Below, one piece after another: positions 61,131-64,000 of a stretch of DNA of 64,000 nt. The position numbers and the translations under genes were made by a program. How positions within the stretch are numbered: the first letter of the stretch is position 1; each line of letters starts with the position of its first letter. The notes below the pieces were generated by a model. That model saw only the letters and a list, made by a program, of their open reading frames with translations, was not told where the DNA came from and searched no databases. The DNA is from an uncultured delta proteobacterium. GTDB lineage: Bacteria > Desulfobacterota > RBG-13-43-22. Location of the stretch: contig CAWIRY010000115.1 in assembly GCA_963838485.1 (NCBI GenBank), forward strand, positions 74,162-138,161, written 5' to 3'.

Positions 61131-62408
61131 CTAAGAAAATTTATGCTCCAGGTTCATGATGTCCCTGTAGGGGATTACCCCCTGGATAACATCATTTTGG
61201 TCGGTAACCGGAATGGCACGGAATCCATATCGAGTAAACATCTCCGAGGCCTTGGCGATGGTGTCCGTGGATTCGAGGCTGATAACCTGGGTGTTCATTA
61301 CCTTTTCCAGTGTATCGGCGGGGTCGGCCATCAAGAGATCCTGTGTGCCGAGAACTCCGATGAGTTTATTTTCCCCATCCAGCACAAATACGTAATTGGT
61401 CACATCCATCTCCGGGGCGACCTGGCGGTAATGTTCAATCGCTTCAGAAATGGTGTCGGTTGGGCGGAACGAGATGAAGCCGGATGTCGTCAGGTTGGTA
61501 ATGGTATCGACCTGTTCATCAAGCAATGTTTCGATCTTCTCCGATTCCTCATGCTCCATCAGGTTGTGGATTTCCTCCGCGTCCCAGGCGGGCAGGACCG
61601 ACAGAACGTCGGCCGCCTGGGCCGGGGTCATCTCATCAATCAGATCGGCTACTTTCTCTTTGTTCATGGATGAGATAAGACTTCGCTGCACCCGGGGCTC
61701 TATCTCTTCCAGGGTATCCGAGGCATGCTCCGTCTCCAACTCATTAAAGATGGCGGAACGTTGCCCCTCATCCAATTCCTCCAAGATATCGGCCAAATCC
61801 ACCGGATGGATCTCCGGCAGTTTTTCCTTCAAGACCTTAAGCTTGACGTTACCCTTGAAGCTTCCGATATCCTCCGGCAGATGTTGTACATAGGCCCAGG
61901 AAAGCGTTTCCTTCTTGAATACCTCCGCGAGATTATAGATCGCCTTGGCTATTGGCGCCAACCCCAGTCTTTTCAGGAGTCCGTACCGGCTGAAGTCCAC
62001 ATCGGTTACATAGAGTCGACCATGACGCAGCACTAACTTCACGTCATAGACCACGTCGATCTCCTTATCGTCCATATCAATAACCTTCTTGTCCAGGATA
62101 TGATCATTTAAAAGGACCTGATGCTCTTCCGGTTCACCCTCATATTCTTCCGGTGATTCGATATCGATGGTTACGGATTTCTTGCCGATCTCCATGATCC
62201 TCTCCCAGGGAACCAACAAGGGCTTGTATCCGAAGGGGCGGCTGATGATGAAATGGGTCACTTCGGGAATTTTGTCATGCTCGACTATGGCGATGTCCCG
62301 TAATTTGCCTATTTTTTTTCCCTTGGAAATCACTTTGGCATGGATGATATCGCTTAGAAAATAAACGGACTCGTCGGCTTCCGGCCCTTTGGAATTAAAG
62401 GAATTCAT
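61131..62408 (-). CDS. PRC-barrel + MgtE N-terminal + CBS-pair protein
   Basis: HPVDLADILEEL, two CBS domains, no TM. Confidence 0.85.
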   Translation of the reverse strand: MNSFNSKGPEADESVYFLSDIIHAKVISKGKKIGKLRDIAIVEHDKIPEVTHFIISRPFGYKPLLVPWERIMEIGKKSVTIDIESPEEYEGEPEEHQVLLNDHILDKKVIDMDDKEIDVVYDVKLVLRHGRLYVTDVDFSRYGLLKRLGLAPIAKAIYNLAEVFKKETLSWAYVQHLPEDIGSFKGNVKLKVLKEKLPEIHPVDLADILEELDEGQRSAIFNELETEHASDTLEEIEPRVQRSLISSMNKEKVADLIDEMTPAQAADVLSVLPAWDAEEIHNLMEHEESEKIETLLDEQVDTITNLTTSGFISFRPTDTISEAIEHYRQVAPEMDVTNYVFVLDGENKLIGVLGTQDLLMADPADTLEKVMNTQVISLESTDTIAKASEMFTRYGFRAIPVTDQNDVIQGVIPYRDIMNLEHKFS

Positions 62409-62423
62409 GATCGACGTCTCCTT

Positions 62424-62603
62424 TTATAATAAGGTAATGAATTTATAGATCAACAACCCAACGAGAAAGACCAAATACAAGCGGAGGCAGAGAAGGGAAA
62501 ACTTGACCGCTCCTGACATTTCTATGTTGGGGGTGGCGTACTTCTTGTTTATGTCGCGGACCTTCGCATAGTTGTGGCTGATAAAATTCCTGATCGGATT
62601 CAT
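62424..62603 (-). CDS. Small membrane protein (59 aa)
   Basis: RBS AAGGAGG; MNPIRNF...LRLYLVFLVGLLIYKFITLL*. Confidence 0.65.
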   Translation of the reverse strand: MNPIRNFISHNYAKVRDINKKYATPNIEMSGAVKFSLLCLRLYLVFLVGLLIYKFITLL

Positions 62604-62618
62604 GACAATCCTCCTTCC

Positions 62619-63881
62619 CTATTTGAACATGTTCGGAAACAGGGTACTGATTCCGTACAAAGTGGACAAGATGACGATTACGACAACAATCACCGTGGTG
62701 ATGGCGTTCTGCCAGAAATTGTTGGTGTATTCCCCCATGGTCTTCTTGTTGTTTAGAAGCAGGATCAGGAAGACCAGGGCGGCGGGCAGGAGCGTAACGG
62801 CGATGACCTGGACGAACAGGGTGATCAGTACCAACGGCGCATTGGGAATGAGGACGATGAGGCCGGACGTTATCAGGGTGAAGAAATAGTTGGCGTAAAA
62901 CCAGGGGGCCTCCTTTATCTTGTTGTTCAAGGAGTGGGCCCAGCCGAAGACCTCTCCGAAGGCCCAGGAACTGGCCAGGGAGATACAGATCGCTCCGAGA
63001 AAACCGGCATCGAATAATCCTATGGCCATGAAGGTCCCGACATATTTATTGCTTTTCATCAGGATTTGCGAAGCCTGGGCTGCGTCATCGATGTTGACCC
63101 CTTTTAAGACAGTGGCGGTGACCACAAGTATGAATATCGCCACCACCACGGTCAAAATCGAGCCGATGAAGGTGTCGAGTTTACCCCAGGGAATATCTTT
63201 TTCCTTCATGGCCTTGTCAACCACGGCGCTCTGTTGGAAAAAGAGCATCCAAGGGGCGATGGTCGTCCCGATATTGGCCATCAGGTAAAAGAACAACTCA
63301 TTATGGAAACCGCCCGGGAAATTGGGGATCAGACCCGTATGGATGATCTGTGACACCGACGGGTTGACCAGAAAGGCCCCGGGTATGTATATAAGATTGA
63401 TGGCACAGAAGAAAAGGGCGATTTTTTCCCAGGTCCAGTAACGGCCGTGGAGGACCATGATCCCCATAAACACACAAACGGTTATGACCGTAATAGCTGG
63501 TGGGATGCCGAAGATCCGCATGGCCGAAGTCATGCCGATAAACTCGGTTACCAAAGTGAGCCAATTGACCAGAATCAGGTCAAGAAGGGAAAACCATCCC
63601 CAGAAAGAGCCGAATCCTGCGAAGATGGCCTCCGCATGCCCCCGTTTGGTAACGGCGCCTAAGCGAACAGTCATTTCCTGCACGTAATAGGCCACAGGAA
63701 CCAGAATAACCAGAAACCAGATGAGATTATAGCCGAACTTCGCACCGGTTGCGGCATAGGTCGTGATCCCCCCGGCGTCGTTATCCGCCACCATCACTAC
63801 GATCCCCGGGCCGGCAAGGATGAAGTAAAGCACGATGGCTTTCCATACCCGGCGAAAGATGTAATAAAGCTTTGGAAAATT
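62619..63881 (-). CDS. NRAMP-family divalent cation (probably Mg2+) transporter, 5' end cut by ISL3
   Basis: GPGIVVMVADNDAGGITTY, IGTTIAPWM; frame open up to IS boundary. Confidence 0.85.
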   Translation of the reverse strand, partial: NFPKLYYIFRRVWKAIVLYFILAGPGIVVMVADNDAGGITTYAATGAKFGYNLIWFLVILVPVAYYVQEMTVRLGAVTKRGHAEAIFAGFGSFWGWFSLLDLILVNWLTLVTEFIGMTSAMRIFGIPPAITVITVCVFMGIMVLHGRYWTWEKIALFFCAINLIYIPGAFLVNPSVSQIIHTGLIPNFPGGFHNELFFYLMANIGTTIAPWMLFFQQSAVVDKAMKEKDIPWGKLDTFIGSILTVVVAIFILVVTATVLKGVNIDDAAQASQILMKSNKYVGTFMAIGLFDAGFLGAICISLASSWAFGEVFGWAHSLNNKIKEAPWFYANYFFTLITSGLIVLIPNAPLVLITLFVQVIAVTLLPAALVFLILLLNNKKTMGEYTNNFWQNAITTVIVVVIVILSTLYGISTLFPNMFK

Positions 63882-64000
63882 GGTTCTTTAGCAAAATTTA
63901 TGGGTAATAAATGGCCCTATAAAAAGGGGTTAACGTTAGACTAAGATAAAAGTGCATCCCGCTCTCAAATCTGGCAAGATGGAAGTTGTGCGAAAACAAA
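63882..64000 (+). mobile_element. Second ISL3 copy (left end, truncated by window)
   Basis: appears identical to 42381-42499. Confidence 0.93.

Overview
Bacterial chromosome segment whose gene set and protein style suggest a deltaproteobacterial/Desulfobacterota-like organism (inference). Bases 1-9956 are housekeeping genes (dapL, folK, transaldolase, slt, pgsA, csp, rph, rdgB, tRNA-Pro, hicBA, murJ, tRNA-Leu). A large accessory region starts at the 3' end of tRNA-Leu(UAA), and I saw no attR in the window. It begins with a satellite-like module (tyrosine integrase, RHH, Xis, iteron-type origin, primase-polymerase/DUF927 helicase, putative regulator) followed by a 1.1-kb array of 74-bp repeats. 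Further cargo includes DUF429, an rpoZ paralogue, a type III R-M system, an ORF-deleted group II intron, a candidate unannotated selenoprotein (UGA plus SECIS-like hairpin), and a Cyc2-like porin-cytochrome / cupredoxin / Rieske-cytochrome b / octaheme operon. There are also two ISL3 copies, a kdpFABC locus with a three-way split KdpD, and a split NRAMP/MgtE-CBS transporter. A conserved ~75-nt leader/terminator motif recurs at least four times. Several 1-nt frameshifts in short homopolymers suggest assembly indels. All calls were made by eye, with no database searches.
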